DNA from: Mogibacterium sp.
GTDB lineage: Bacteria; Bacillota; Clostridia; Peptostreptococcales; Anaerovoracaceae
Length of the DNA stretch: 64,000 nt
Direction of reading: 5' to 3'
Assembly: GCA_017512145.1 (NCBI GenBank)
Contig: JAFWHB010000003.1
Coordinates: 7,629 to 71,628, forward strand
Positions 18,143 to 28,028 of this stretch are shown here, piece after piece. The number at the start of each line of letters is the position of its first letter. The stretch's first letter is position 1. Below the pieces are notes generated by a model. The model was not told the DNA's origin. It did not search any database and was given only the letters and a program-made list of their open reading frames with translations. The translations under genes were made by a program, and so were the position numbers.

Positions 18143-19858
18143 ATGAAAAGAAAGAACGTCTGCATTATTTATACTGGCGGGACCATCGGTATGGTTCCGA
18201 CCGAGAACGGATATGCACCGGGCAAGGGCACCTTTGCAAAGCAGCTTGCGGAGATCCGCGATCTGTATTCGCCTGAGATGCCTGCCTGGGATCTTGTTGA
18301 GTTCGATCCGCTGCTCGATTCATCCAATATAACATTCGAGCAGTGGAATCAGATCGCAGAGACGATACGTGATAATTATGACCATTATGACGGATTCGTT
18401 GTCCTGCACGGGACAGACACGATGTCATATACCGCATCAGCTCTCTCTTTCATGCTTGAAGGACTCAGCAAGCCGGTCGTCCTGACCGGTTCGCAGATTC
18501 CGCTCTGCAGACTAAGAAGTGATGGCAAGGACAATCTAATAGCATCTCTCATGATCGCAGGAGAAGGCATTGCGAATGAGGTATGCCTGTACTTTGGCAA
18601 TACCCTGATGAGAGGCAACCGTGCGACCAAGGTGTCAGCTGACGAGCTAATTGCATTCGCATCACCTAATTATCCGGTGCTTGCCAGGGCGGGCATTGAT
18701 ATGGAGTATGATGCAAATTCTCTGAGAACTGCTAATCATGGAGCCAGACTGAGCATTACAAAGCTCCGTGGCTTCAGGATCGGTGTGATCAAGCTCTTCC
18801 CGGGAATACAGTTCGATCTCTTCGAGCCTATGGCGGAGGCAGGCCTCGATGGACTCATTCTCGAGACTTTCGGGGCAGGAAACATTCCTAATAACAGCTC
18901 TATTCCTGCAGTTATTTCCAAGATAGTCTCACATGGGACTATTGTGGTCGTATGCACTCAGTGCCCTCGCGGAAGCGTCAGGCTCGGAGCATATGAGGCA
19001 GGTGCGGCTCTGGCAAAGGCCGGCGCTCTCAGCGGCTTTGACATGACCACTGAGGCCGCTGTCACCAAGCTCACTTATCTTCTGAGCATGGGTACCGGCA
19101 GGGAAGAGATAGCAGCTATGATGGAATACGATCTCAGAGGTGAGATGACGGTTCTTTCTGATCATGAAGAGAGCAAGGCCACAGTCAAGGACCCTGAAGT
19201 CTACAGAGCAGGCAAGCAGACTGTCAATGTTGTATGCTATGGAGATTCCAATACATACGGATTCTGCCCTGAACCTTATGCTTATAGGTATCCTTATGAG
19301 AAGAGATGGACCAGCATACTTGCAGGCAGGCTGGGTGACGGATATTCCGTATCACCTGAGGGCCTTAATGGCAGGACGACTGCATATGACAGATCCGGTG
19401 CTGCATGGAAGAATGGCGTCAGCAGCTTCCTTGCCTGCGTGAATACTCACAAGCCTGTCGATATTCTGGTGATAATGCTCGGAACCAACGACTGCCTTGC
19501 AGATCTTGGACTGACTGCAGAAGAGATATCAGCAGGAATGGAAGAACTGGTAAGTATGGCCGAGAAGATCATGCCGGAGACTCAGGGGTATATCCCTGAG
19601 ATCATAATAGTCGCACCGGGCGCTATCAGGGATGACTACAGGAATGGACCTTTTGCGGCAGAGCTTGACGACTATTCAGTCAGGAAATCTCATGAAATCG
19701 CATCACTCTATGCAGATATCGCCGTAAGACACGGCATCAGATTTGTAGATGCGACATCTGCAGCAGAGGTATCTGATCTCGATGCGATGCATCTTTCCGA
19801 GCAAGGACACAGAGAACTCGCAGAGCTTATCTGTCAGGCGATCCTTGAGATCAGATAG
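18143..19858 (+). CDS. Fusion protein: type I L-asparaginase domain plus C-terminal SGNH/GDSL hydrolase domain
   Basis: N-terminal IIYTGGTIGM and HGTDTM asparaginase motifs (to about aa 340). The C-terminal part has GDSNTYG (block I), GxND (MLGTNDC) and a late D..H (LDAMHL). Confidence 0.75.
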   Translation: MKRKNVCIIYTGGTIGMVPTENGYAPGKGTFAKQLAEIRDLYSPEMPAWDLVEFDPLLDSSNITFEQWNQIAETIRDNYDHYDGFVVLHGTDTMSYTASALSFMLEGLSKPVVLTGSQIPLCRLRSDGKDNLIASLMIAGEGIANEVCLYFGNTLMRGNRATKVSADELIAFASPNYPVLARAGIDMEYDANSLRTANHGARLSITKLRGFRIGVIKLFPGIQFDLFEPMAEAGLDGLILETFGAGNIPNNSSIPAVISKIVSHGTIVVVCTQCPRGSVRLGAYEAGAALAKAGALSGFDMTTEAAVTKLTYLLSMGTGREEIAAMMEYDLRGEMTVLSDHEESKATVKDPEVYRAGKQTVNVVCYGDSNTYGFCPEPYAYRYPYEKRWTSILAGRLGDGYSVSPEGLNGRTTAYDRSGAAWKNGVSSFLACVNTHKPVDILVIMLGTNDCLADLGLTAEEISAGMEELVSMAEKIMPETQGYIPEIIIVAPGAIRDDYRNGPFAAELDDYSVRKSHEIASLYADIAVRHGIRFVDATSAAEVSDLDAMHLSEQGHRELAELICQAILEIR

Positions 19859-19879
19859 AACACGGACCAATACATAACA

Positions 19880-19921
19880 GAACACAGTGTACTCATTTTG
19901 AACAGGCACTGTGTTCTTTTG
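19880..19921 (+). terminator. Rho-independent terminator
   Basis: gaacacagtg...cactgtgttc followed by TTTT. Confidence 0.7.
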
Positions 19922-20019
19922 TTAGTGCAATTTGTCCGTCCATACTGTATGATTGAATCATATAGATGTAGGATCTGCATTTCATTTGATGGGAATACTA
20001 TCGAGGAAAGGAGACAGGA

Positions 20020-21456
20020 ATGGCGAAAGTTAAATGTCAGGTATGTGGGGCTATTTTTGAAGAGGGCGAAGAGAAGTGTCCTGTTTGCGGTGTAAGCAAA
20101 GACAACTTTATACCTGCAGATGAGGCTCCGGTAGACACCGAAGAGAAGAAGATGGTCAAATGTCTGGTGTGCGGTGCTGTCTTTGAAGAGGGAGAGGATG
20201 TATGTCCTGTCTGCGGCGTTGGCAGCGAGAATTTCATGCCGGCAACAGCTTCAAGTACATCTTTCAGACTCGATACAGATGAGAAGTTCGTAATTCTGGG
20301 AGGCGGCCCTGCTGCGAAGAGCGCTGCTGAGGCTATCAGGGACCGCAATAAGAGTGCGATGATCACCATCATCACTCAGGAATCATACCTCCCTTATAAC
20401 CGTCCGATGCTCACCAAGGGAATTGTCAGAGACTTTGGCTACAATGGCCTCGCGATCGAAGGACCTGATTGGTATGAGAGGAATAATGTCTTCTTCATGT
20501 CAGATACTGAAGTAGTCAGAATCGACACCAAGGCAAAGCTGATCGATGTCAGGCTCCAGAATGGCGGACACGGCGGAGTTAAATATGACAAGCTGGTATA
20601 TGCTCTCGGAGCGTACTGCTTCGTACCGCCTATCAAGGGTTCAGACAAATCCCACGTCGTTTCTGTCCGCAGCATTGCTGATACCGAGCGCGTCAAGGCG
20701 ATCATTGCTGAGAGGAAGGCATCCAAGGCTGTCTGCATAGGCGGCGGCGTCATGGGACTTGAAGGTGCGTGGGGCCTCAAGGAAGGCGGCCTCGATGTTA
20801 CTGTTCTGGAGACCGCGCCGGGACTCCTGCCAAAGCAGCTTGATGATCCGGCTTCTGCTATGCTTGAGGATATCTGCAACAGGGAAGGCGTCAGGATCGT
20901 AACCGGTGCTAAGATCACAGAGATCACCGATGATGCGGTAGTCCTGGATGATGGAACCGAGTTCGAGGCTCAGCTTGTAATCATGTCAACAGGTATGAGA
21001 CCATACACCAAGGTTGCAGAGGACAGCGGAATCACAGTAGATAAATGGGTCGTTGCAAATGGCAGAATGGAGACAAATGTCAAAGATGTCTATGCAGCAG
21101 GAGACTGTGCTGTGATCTACGGACAGCCACAGGCATTCTGGGCGCAGGCAATTGAGACAGGAAGGATCGCAGGAGCAAATGCTGCAGGCGAGGCGCTTGA
21201 ATATACTCCGATCGGCAGCTCTCTTGTTATCGAAGCAATGAACACATCTGTATTTGCTCTCGGAACAAATGGCAAGGATCCTGACCGTCAGTTCAAGACA
21301 GTCGAAAGACGTGACGAAGTCAAAGGAACCTATGAGAAGTATTTCTTCGCTGACGGAAGGATAGAGGGCGTTATCCTCCTCGGTGACATCTCCAGGATGG
21401 CAACGATGATGGACAAGATGTCAAGACATGCTTCATACGAAGAGATCTTCGGATAA
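20020..21456 (+). CDS. Two tandem rubredoxin-like CxxC...CPxC modules fused to an FAD-dependent pyridine nucleotide-disulfide oxidoreductase
   Basis: KCQVCG...CPVCG and KCLVCG...CPVCG repeats, then GGGPAA and CIGGGVMG Rossmann motifs, and AAGDCA. Confidence 0.8.
   Translation: MAKVKCQVCGAIFEEGEEKCPVCGVSKDNFIPADEAPVDTEEKKMVKCLVCGAVFEEGEDVCPVCGVGSENFMPATASSTSFRLDTDEKFVILGGGPAAKSAAEAIRDRNKSAMITIITQESYLPYNRPMLTKGIVRDFGYNGLAIEGPDWYERNNVFFMSDTEVVRIDTKAKLIDVRLQNGGHGGVKYDKLVYALGAYCFVPPIKGSDKSHVVSVRSIADTERVKAIIAERKASKAVCIGGGVMGLEGAWGLKEGGLDVTVLETAPGLLPKQLDDPASAMLEDICNREGVRIVTGAKITEITDDAVVLDDGTEFEAQLVIMSTGMRPYTKVAEDSGITVDKWVVANGRMETNVKDVYAAGDCAVIYGQPQAFWAQAIETGRIAGANAAGEALEYTPIGSSLVIEAMNTSVFALGTNGKDPDRQFKTVERRDEVKGTYEKYFFADGRIEGVILLGDISRMATMMDKMSRHASYEEIFG
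20029..20244 (+). repeat. In-gene tandem duplication of a 30-codon rubredoxin-like module (20029-20118 and 20155-20244)
   Basis: 21 of 30 residues are identical between the copies, separated by a 12-codon linker. Confidence 0.8.
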
Positions 21457-21480
21457 GATAAGTACACATACGAGCAACAC

Positions 21481-21510
21481 AAAAAGGCGGGACCGGAAGG
21501 TCCCGCCTTA
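21481..21510. terminator. Hairpin terminator between convergent genes
   Basis: AAAAA ggcgggacc ggaa ggtcccgcc. The A-run supplies a U-tract for the minus-strand transcript. Confidence 0.7.
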
Positions 21511-21531
21511 GTTCTGCCATAAATCAGTTGA

Positions 21532-22338
21532 TCAGAAGCCGCACTTAGCTACATATACTGCATTCGAAGGAAGTCCGAGATCATGCTCAGGAGCATCGAA
21601 ACTCCACTTAGGAGCATTCGCTCTGACAGCAGCCATTACAGCATAGAAGTTGAACATTACGATACCATAGTTGAGGTGAGTATCGTATTCGTTTGTCTCA
21701 GGATCCTCAAGACCTACGAGATAGATCTTAGTATCATCGACGAGGACCTTGTATGGCTGTCTGTTGCCGAATGACTGAGCGTGAGCCATAGCTCTGAGAC
21801 CATACTCAAGCTCTTCATACCACAGTGTTGTATCGACATCTTTTCCGAACTTCTTGCCATCTGTAAGCTCGTCGAGAGACTTCTTAGGAGCCTTCTTCTC
21901 GTCATTATTCTCATCACGGTAACCGAAGGCGATAGCGCATGCAAGAACCATGTCAGTGTCTTCTCCGAGAGCTGCCTTGGTAGCTGCAGCGTCATTGATT
22001 GTCATCCAGCATGCAGAGAGGCCAAGCTCAGTCATCTTAAGAGTGATTCCCTGAGCGAGATATCCGGCATTCTCGAGGAAGTGCTCTGCAGGATCTGAGA
22101 AGAGGAGCATATAAGCCGGAGCCTTAATGCAGTAGCCGTTATAACCAACGCTCTTGCTGAGTGCATCATAAACATTGCCGAAATAGAATTTAAGCTCGGT
22201 CTTGATGCCATCTACAAGATCGCTCTCTTCATCTTCGTAGTATTTCCTGATCTCAACAAGAACATCATCATCGACCTTCTTGCCTGAGAACATTCTGCAG
22301 GAATTTCTTTTCTTGACTATATCATTGTAATATTCCAT
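21532..22338 (-). CDS. Nitroreductase-family protein
   Basis: N-terminal RNSCRMF nitroreductase signature. The RBS favours the internal ATG (MEYYND). Confidence 0.6.
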   Translation of the reverse strand: MEYYNDIVKKRNSCRMFSGKKVDDDVLVEIRKYYEDEESDLVDGIKTELKFYFGNVYDALSKSVGYNGYCIKAPAYMLLFSDPAEHFLENAGYLAQGITLKMTELGLSACWMTINDAAATKAALGEDTDMVLACAIAFGYRDENNDEKKAPKKSLDELTDGKKFGKDVDTTLWYEELEYGLRAMAHAQSFGNRQPYKVLVDDTKIYLVGLEDPETNEYDTHLNYGIVMFNFYAVMAAVRANAPKWSFDAPEHDLGLPSNAVYVAKCGF

Positions 22339-22507
22339 CTTGATTACCCCTATCATAATTCATAGCAGTTGAACAAATTAATTGTTAACAGAAGTATTCT
22401 AACACGCCTTAAGATATTGTTTCAATAATATCGTGTACCAGCCAAGACCATCGTGCTATAATACAGTCGATTTGTTAAAACCCAGGGTATAATAATCGAT
22501 TAATTAA

Positions 22508-23431
22508 ATGAGCAAACTCACTACAGAACCCAAGGCAGAGGCTGCCGGTAAGAAATTTGACATCAAACATTTTCTTCGCAGTGTTGCAATACTGCTTACT
22601 TCCGCATTCTTCGGATCATCCGTACAGATATTCGTAATGATCCCTTGTGGAATGACATCTGGCGGCATGCCGGGAATTGCGAGAATACTGACAGCGATAT
22701 TCCCGTCACTCAGCTATTCTCTTGTCTACTACACCCTTTCGATGGTGATACTCATCATAGTCTTCTTCACGATGGGCAAGGCCGAAGTAGGCAGGATCAT
22801 AGCGCTGGCTTTCACATATCCGGTAATGCTGTTCATATTCGAGAAGATTGATTTCAGTTTACTTAATTCACCTGATCCATTCCTGGCTTCATTGCTGATC
22901 GGAGTATGCTATGGCTTAGCTACCGGCATAGGATATATCGGAGGCTTCTCATCAGGCGGAACTGACTCTCTTGCCAGAGTACTTAAGTTCAAAGTCTTCA
23001 ACTATCTTCGTGTCGGAGATATCCAGATGGCAATGGATGTTACGATTATTCTCATTTCAGCCGTTGTCTTCGACGTGAATGTCGCTCTCTATGCGGTCGT
23101 GAATGCTGTAGTTGCAGCCAAAGTGATTTCGGCTGTTATGGTCGGTTACAGCGGTACATTCATCCAGTTCGACATCATTTCATCCAAGCCTGAAGAGATT
23201 GCTGAATTTATCATGAAAGATGTGAACAGAGCTGTAACATCCCATATTTCAAGAGGCGAGTATAGCAAGGAAGAGCGCAGGACTTTGACTTGCATCTGCA
23301 CTCCGGGCGAGAGCATCAAGATCAAGAAATTCGTTGCAGAAGTTGATCCGACTGCATTTGCGACTATCATGCCGATAACAACAGTCTGGGGCAAGAGATT
23401 CTCAAATATAAGCGAGGTCGACAATATCTGA
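22508..23431 (+). CDS. YitT-family membrane protein (with DUF2179-like C-terminal domain)
   Basis: Multi-TM N-terminal region with GGFSSGGTD block and a soluble C-terminal domain of about 80 aa. Confidence 0.7.
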   Translation: MSKLTTEPKAEAAGKKFDIKHFLRSVAILLTSAFFGSSVQIFVMIPCGMTSGGMPGIARILTAIFPSLSYSLVYYTLSMVILIIVFFTMGKAEVGRIIALAFTYPVMLFIFEKIDFSLLNSPDPFLASLLIGVCYGLATGIGYIGGFSSGGTDSLARVLKFKVFNYLRVGDIQMAMDVTIILISAVVFDVNVALYAVVNAVVAAKVISAVMVGYSGTFIQFDIISSKPEEIAEFIMKDVNRAVTSHISRGEYSKEERRTLTCICTPGESIKIKKFVAEVDPTAFATIMPITTVWGKRFSNISEVDNI

Positions 23432-23512
23432 AAAAAGTACAAGACTTTAGCACTTTAAAGCACGAAAATACAATCTCCATATAGTATAATAGTCTCCTGA
23501 GGAGGTTGCGAT

Positions 23513-23806
23513 ATGATAACTGACAAGGACCGTAAGAATTTTAAACAGTTCTATCAGGCTGTGCTTTCACTTGAGACTGAAGAAGAGTGCAGAATGTTCT
23601 TTGATGATGTAGCAACGATCAAGGAATTACTTGATTTGTCTGCAAGGCTGGAAGTCGCCAGAATGCTCGACAGCGGGAGCGTCTTCAGCGAGATAAGTAA
23701 GGAGACAGGAGCTAGTTCTGCAACCATCAGCCGCGTCAATAAGTGCTTTACCTATGGAGAAGGCGGATACAAGACTGTCCTTGAGAGAATCAACAAGGAC
23801 GAATAA
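23513..23806 (+). CDS. YerC/YecD-family TrpR-like protein
   Basis: 97 aa. The HTH ETGASSATISRVNKC is typical of this family. Confidence 0.75.
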   Translation: MITDKDRKNFKQFYQAVLSLETEEECRMFFDDVATIKELLDLSARLEVARMLDSGSVFSEISKETGASSATISRVNKCFTYGEGGYKTVLERINKDE

Positions 23807-23855
23807 TGCGTGTATTCATCAGATAAATGACGGATCTCATTAAGGTAATATAATA

Positions 23856-23890
23856 ACAGCCGGAAACTCAACGTTATCCGGCTGTTTTTC
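23856..23890 (+). terminator. Rho-independent terminator
   Basis: acagccgga...tccggctgt followed by TTTTT. Confidence 0.8.
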
Positions 23891-23940
23891 AATGCAAAAA
23901 ACTGTGCTGAAATGATATGCGGAAAAGATGTATCGTTATA

Positions 23941-24678
23941 CTAACCCTCGTACTTGAAGCAATCCATAAATCTGAGCTTGAACAGATTCTTCTCGTGGAG
24001 ATAGTCGATTCTCTTCTTGGTCTCAGGATCGTCGATCTCGCCTGTCCTGATGTATCTGTCGAGAACCTCATATGTGAAGCCGAGTTTGTCTTCGTCTGAC
24101 ATTCCTGAAAGTCCGTCTGAAGGAACCTTCTCGATCAGTACTGAAGGAAGACCGAGAACTCTGCCGATAGCTCTGATCTCAGCAGTGGTGAAGAATGACA
24201 TAGGGCTGAAATCACCTGCCGAGTCGCCGTATCTTGTCGAGTAGCCTACCCAGTCTTCTGAGAGGTTGCAGGTGTTGACGACTCTTCCGTTCTTGCTCTG
24301 GCCGACTGCATAGAGTGTTGACATTCTCAGTCTTGGAGGAAGATTGATGATGGAATCCTTGCTGATCTCGATTCCTGCACCACTTATCTGGTCACACAGA
24401 GAGTCGAAAGCTCCCTGAATGTTGATTATATAATGCTCGATTCCGAGGTGGTCAACGAGAAGCTTTGCCATGTCGATATCTGACTGCTCGCCATTAGGCA
24501 TCAGAACACCGATAACACGGTCCTTGCCAAGTGCCTCTACGCAGAGCGCTGCAGCTATAGAGCTGTCCTTGCCGCCGCTGATTCCGACTATAGCATTACA
24601 TCCCGGGCCGTTCTTCTCAAACCACTGGGAAATCCATTCTACTGTTGCCTTGGTTGCTTTGACTGCATCAAATTCCAT
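23941..24678 (-). CDS. nadE: Ammonia-dependent NAD+ synthetase
   Basis: PP-loop SGGKDSS. GGAGG RBS upstream of MEFDAV. Confidence 0.85.
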   Translation of the reverse strand: MEFDAVKATKATVEWISQWFEKNGPGCNAIVGISGGKDSSIAAALCVEALGKDRVIGVLMPNGEQSDIDMAKLLVDHLGIEHYIINIQGAFDSLCDQISGAGIEISKDSIINLPPRLRMSTLYAVGQSKNGRVVNTCNLSEDWVGYSTRYGDSAGDFSPMSFFTTAEIRAIGRVLGLPSVLIEKVPSDGLSGMSDEDKLGFTYEVLDRYIRTGEIDDPETKKRIDYLHEKNLFKLRFMDCFKYEG

Positions 24679-24816
24679 AATTACCTCCCCATAATGTACT
24701 AGAGATTTCACCAGTCAATTATAACACAGAGGCAGGCTGTGTGGTATACTACTGAATGTATCTGAACCAGATGGAGAAGATATTACCAAATAGCAAACAA
24801 GGAGTTTAATAAATAA

Positions 24817-25782
24817 ATGAAACCTTACTATATCAAAGACCTTAAGCCGGACGACAATCACCACCTCGAAGACAGATTCCTTGTCAGGAATGCTGATATC
24901 AGAGACGGGAACAATGGCAAGCGCCACCTGTATATGACACTTGCAGACGCAACCGGCGATATACAGGCCGTCAAATGGACTCTTACACCTGATGAGATCG
25001 CATCGTACAGCAAGATCCGTACAGGAATGATCATTACCGTAGCTGCAAGATGCAAGGAATATCAGGGCAAGAATCAGCTTGTCATTGATGTCATCAAGGG
25101 AAGAGCCAAGGACGATACATACGACAGAGCGGATTTTTTCAAGGCTGCTCCTGAGTCACCTGAGGGGATGTATGAATATATCCTCAGCAGGATCAATGCC
25201 TTCGAAGACGAAGACCTCAGAGATCTCTGCCTCAGCTTCTATGAAGACGAGAAGGACAGACTCATGTATTATCCTGCTGCAATGAGCAATCATCATGCTG
25301 AGTATGCAGGACTTCTGTATCACGTCAAGAGAATGATGATGATGGGGGAGAGAGCATGCGAAGTATACACATTCCTGAACAAGGACCTGCTGCTCGCAGG
25401 CGTGGCTCTGCATGACATCGAGAAGCTGAACGAACTTAATTCTGACGAGAACGGAGTCGTTCCTGACTACACTCTTGAGGGCAAAATGCTCGGACACCTT
25501 GTCATGGGCGTTGCTGCGATTGGTGAGAGATGCAGGGACCTCGGGCTTGACGAAGAGAAGTGCCTCATGATGCAGCATATGGCTCTGAGCCATCATTATG
25601 AACCTGAATACGGCAGCCCTAAGAAGCCTCTGTTCCCTGAGGCTGAGATGCTCCACTATCTGGACATGACAGATGCCAAGATGTTCGACATGGAGGAAGC
25701 CCTCGAGAATGTTGAACCGGGAGAATTCAGCGACAAGGTATACACCCTTGACAACAGAAAACTTTACAAGAGAACATTCTGA
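24817..25782 (+). CDS. yhaM: 3'-5' exoribonuclease YhaM-like (OB-fold plus HD domain)
   Basis: N-terminal OB-fold region, then an HD domain (HHAEYAGLLYH...LHDIEK). Confidence 0.75.
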   Translation: MKPYYIKDLKPDDNHHLEDRFLVRNADIRDGNNGKRHLYMTLADATGDIQAVKWTLTPDEIASYSKIRTGMIITVAARCKEYQGKNQLVIDVIKGRAKDDTYDRADFFKAAPESPEGMYEYILSRINAFEDEDLRDLCLSFYEDEKDRLMYYPAAMSNHHAEYAGLLYHVKRMMMMGERACEVYTFLNKDLLLAGVALHDIEKLNELNSDENGVVPDYTLEGKMLGHLVMGVAAIGERCRDLGLDEEKCLMMQHMALSHHYEPEYGSPKKPLFPEAEMLHYLDMTDAKMFDMEEALENVEPGEFSDKVYTLDNRKLYKRTF

Positions 25783-25792
25783 CAGGTAACTG

Positions 25793-28024
25793 ATGCAGAG
25801 GGAAGGTAAGCTTAGCAGAATAATATTCAACAATGCAGAGAACGGCTATACAGTTGCAGTCTTCGATACTGAAGAAGGCTCATTCAGAATAGCCGGCTCT
25901 TTTGCTGAACCGAGAATCGGAGCCAAATACAGGCTTGAAGGCAAATTTACCATACATGCCAGATATGGCGAGCAATTCAGCTTCTCAAGTTACGAGGAGC
26001 TCCTGCCTGAAGGTGAGGACGCTATACTTGAATTCCTTTCAGCCGGCAATATCAGGGGCATAGGACCTAAGACCGCAAAGACTATCGTGGAGACCTTCGG
26101 AGAAGAATCCCTCGAAGTAATTGAGAAGACTCCTGAGAAGCTCCTGAGCATCAGCGGCATCGGCCCTAAGTCGCTTGCTAAGATCGCAGAGTCATTCGGT
26201 GAATCAAGAGAATTCGCCAGCGTCTCGATCGAGCTGAGAGAGCTTGGGATCGAAATGTCTGATGCGGTCAGGATTTATAAGATCTACGGCAGCGACTCTG
26301 TAAGTATTGTAAAGGAGAATCCTTATATCCTTGTTGAAGACATTCGCGGGATAACTTTTCCTAAGGCTGATAGTATAGCTGCCAGACTCGGCTTCGAGCC
26401 GGGCAGCACGTTCAGGATCGAGAGCGGGATCAGATATGCCCTGAGATCATGGGCTTCGAGCGGCAGCACTCTTATGCCTGAGGAGCTTCTTGTGGAGAAG
26501 GTAGCAGAGCTTCTTGATATTACAAGAGAGGAAGTCGCTGATTCACTCAGGGATCTTGTGTTCAACGGGGAACTCGAAGAAGACAGGATAGATGATATTC
26601 CTGTCATATATCTGTACGGATACTATCAGGCGGAGCAGAGAGTAGCCTTCAATATCGGGAGGATCCACGATGCTCCTGTCAGGCAGATTCCGGCATCTAT
26701 CGAGGACCTTATCAGTGATGCGGAGGCGGGCCTTGCTGCTGACGGCATGAGCTATGTAACGCTTTCCGAGGAACAGGAGAACGCTGTCCGTGCAAGTCTA
26801 CTGACGAACATCTCCATCATCACCGGAGGTCCGGGAACAGGTAAGACAACGATTATAAATATATTAGTCAGGATATTCAGAAGACTGGGCCTTGAAGTGG
26901 CGCTGGCCGCACCGACCGGAAGAGCCGCCAAGAGAATGGAAGAGGCATCCGGCGAGCCTGCGATGACGATCCACCGCCTTCTTGAATACGTATACTCTGA
27001 GGACGAGGAAACTCTCAACTTTGGCAGGGACGAAGAGAACCCGCTCGAACAGGACGTTATCATCGTAGATGAGGCGTCCATGATCGACATAATGCTGATG
27101 GATGGACTTCTTAATGCTGTCAAGAGCGGCACTGTGCTGATTTTCACAGGAGACGCCGACCAGCTGCCTTCTGTCGGAGCAGGCAATGTTCTGAGAGATA
27201 TGATAGCAAGTGAATATATCCATACCACAAGGCTCAGAGAGATTTTCCGTCAGGCCGGCGGCAGCAAGATAATAACCAATTCGCACCTTATCAACAATGG
27301 AGAGTACCCGGAGCAGGGGCTCAGCGGGGATGATTTCTTCATACTCCGCAAGGACAGCGAGAACGAGATCCTTGACACCATCAGAGAAATGGTCGAAGGC
27401 AGGATAGCAAAGGGCTTTGAATTCATAAGCTCTGCCTCGGATATCCAGATCCTGACGCCGACTAAGAGAGGAGCTCTCGGGGCTCCAAGCCTGAACAGCG
27501 TTCTTCAGGATGTCATCAATCCGGCGGAAGAGGGCGACCCTGAGCTCAGAATAGGCAGCAAGGTCTTCAGGACCGGCGACAAAGTCATGCAGCTGAGGAA
27601 CAACTACGGCGCAGAGTGGAGAGACGAACTCACATGGGCTGAGGGAGAGGGCATCTTCAATGGTGACATGGGAACAGTTGAGAGCATCAACCTTCATGAC
27701 AAGAGCATGATCGTAAAGTCTGACGACAGGCTGATAACATATTCGGGCGACATGTTCGATGAGATCGATTTTGCGTATGCGATCACAGTTCACAAGAGTC
27801 AGGGTACAGAGTTCCCGGCAGTTATCATACCTGCATGGAGATTCCCTCCGATGCTGATGACAAGGAATCTACTGTACACAGCTGTGACAAGAGGCAAGAA
27901 GCTCGTTCTGATAATAGGTGACCCTCGCTGCGTTCAGATGATGATAGACAATAACCGTGCTGACGGAAGGTATACAGGACTGAGAGCCCGCCTTCAGCAG
28001 CTCGATACACCTGCTTTTTTCTAG
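25793..28024 (+). CDS. recD2: RecD2-type ATP-dependent DNA helicase
   Basis: Walker A GGPGTGKTT, Walker B IIVDEASM, HhH-like repeats (GIGPKTA, GIGPKSLA), and a C-terminal SH3-like/2B region. Confidence 0.9.
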   Translation: MQREGKLSRIIFNNAENGYTVAVFDTEEGSFRIAGSFAEPRIGAKYRLEGKFTIHARYGEQFSFSSYEELLPEGEDAILEFLSAGNIRGIGPKTAKTIVETFGEESLEVIEKTPEKLLSISGIGPKSLAKIAESFGESREFASVSIELRELGIEMSDAVRIYKIYGSDSVSIVKENPYILVEDIRGITFPKADSIAARLGFEPGSTFRIESGIRYALRSWASSGSTLMPEELLVEKVAELLDITREEVADSLRDLVFNGELEEDRIDDIPVIYLYGYYQAEQRVAFNIGRIHDAPVRQIPASIEDLISDAEAGLAADGMSYVTLSEEQENAVRASLLTNISIITGGPGTGKTTIINILVRIFRRLGLEVALAAPTGRAAKRMEEASGEPAMTIHRLLEYVYSEDEETLNFGRDEENPLEQDVIIVDEASMIDIMLMDGLLNAVKSGTVLIFTGDADQLPSVGAGNVLRDMIASEYIHTTRLREIFRQAGGSKIITNSHLINNGEYPEQGLSGDDFFILRKDSENEILDTIREMVEGRIAKGFEFISSASDIQILTPTKRGALGAPSLNSVLQDVINPAEEGDPELRIGSKVFRTGDKVMQLRNNYGAEWRDELTWAEGEGIFNGDMGTVESINLHDKSMIVKSDDRLITYSGDMFDEIDFAYAITVHKSQGTEFPAVIIPAWRFPPMLMTRNLLYTAVTRGKKLVLIIGDPRCVQMMIDNNRADGRYTGLRARLQQLDTPAFF

Positions 28025-28028
28025 AACC

